A stretch of 47,806 nt of DNA, taken from contig NC_057750.1 in NCBI RefSeq assembly GCF_004010195.1, positions 994,166 to 1,041,971 of the forward strand, read 5' to 3'. The notes under the pieces are model-generated. The model saw only the letters and a list, made by a program, of their open reading frames with translations. It did no database searches and was not told the DNA's origin. A program made the translations under genes and the position numbers. Of the stretch, positions 47,395-47,806 are shown piece after piece; the stretch's first letter is position 1; every line of letters starts with the position of its first letter. The DNA comes from Chiloscyllium plagiosum. Lineage: Eukaryota.

Positions 47395-47806
47395 TGGTTA
47401 CTGGGGGTGGTGCCCATGTGGGTGAGACCCTGTAACAGGGGGTGGTGCCCATGTGGGTGAGACCCTGTTACAGGGGGTGGTGCCCATGTGGGTGAGACCC
47501 TGTTACAGGGAGTGGTGTCCATGTGGGTGAGACCCTGTTACAGGGAGTGGTGCCCATGTGGGTGAGACCCTGTTACAGGGAGTGGTGTCCATGTGGGTGA
47601 GACCCTGTTACAGGGGGTGGTGTCCATGTGGGTCAGGCTGGTTACGGGGGGTGGTGTCTATGTGGGTCAGGCTGGTTACGGGGCGTCGTGTCCATGTGGG
47701 TCAGGCTGGTTATAGGGGGTGGTGTCTATGTGGGTCAGGCTAGTTACGGGGCGCCGTGTCTATGGGGGTCAGGCTGGTTACAGGGGGTGGTGTCTATGTG
47801 GGTCAG
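47395..47806. repeat. G-rich minisatellite, 35-bp unit switching to a 34-bp variant; runs off the window end
   Basis: gggtgagaccctgttacagggggtggtgcccatgt x6, then gggtcaggctggttacggggggtggtgtctatgt. Confidence 0.95.

Overview
Repeat-dense eukaryotic DNA from a cartilaginous fish. HE1-type SINEs and HER1/CR1-type LINE tails indicate a shark, and the window looks intronic or intergenic. No host protein-coding exon or intact gene could be supported; every recognisable ORF is a degraded transposon remnant. Main content: (i) a Gmr1-clade Gypsy LTR element (5' LTR, tRNA-Pro PBS, SCAN-like gag, protease, integrase before RT) inserted into a CR1 tail, itself interrupted by an internally deleted L1 with a 14-bp TSD; (ii) a related solo LTR; (iii) many CR1/HER1, L2-like, Tx1 and RTE LINE fragments and tRNA-derived SINEs; (iv) two Penelope-like element (PLE) remnants. 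The most interesting signal is a dense set of minimal hammerhead-ribozyme (HHR) motifs (CUGAnGA-stem II-GAAA-palindromic stem III-UH) from at least three sequence families. They occur on PLE 3' ends and on small non-coding, often palindromic, TSD-flanked insertions. TSD-flanked micro-insertions of only 15 and 34 bp of the same PLE terminus are also present. There is one 278-N assembly gap. All family calls come from motif recognition, not database searches, and boundaries are approximate unless a TSD is cited.
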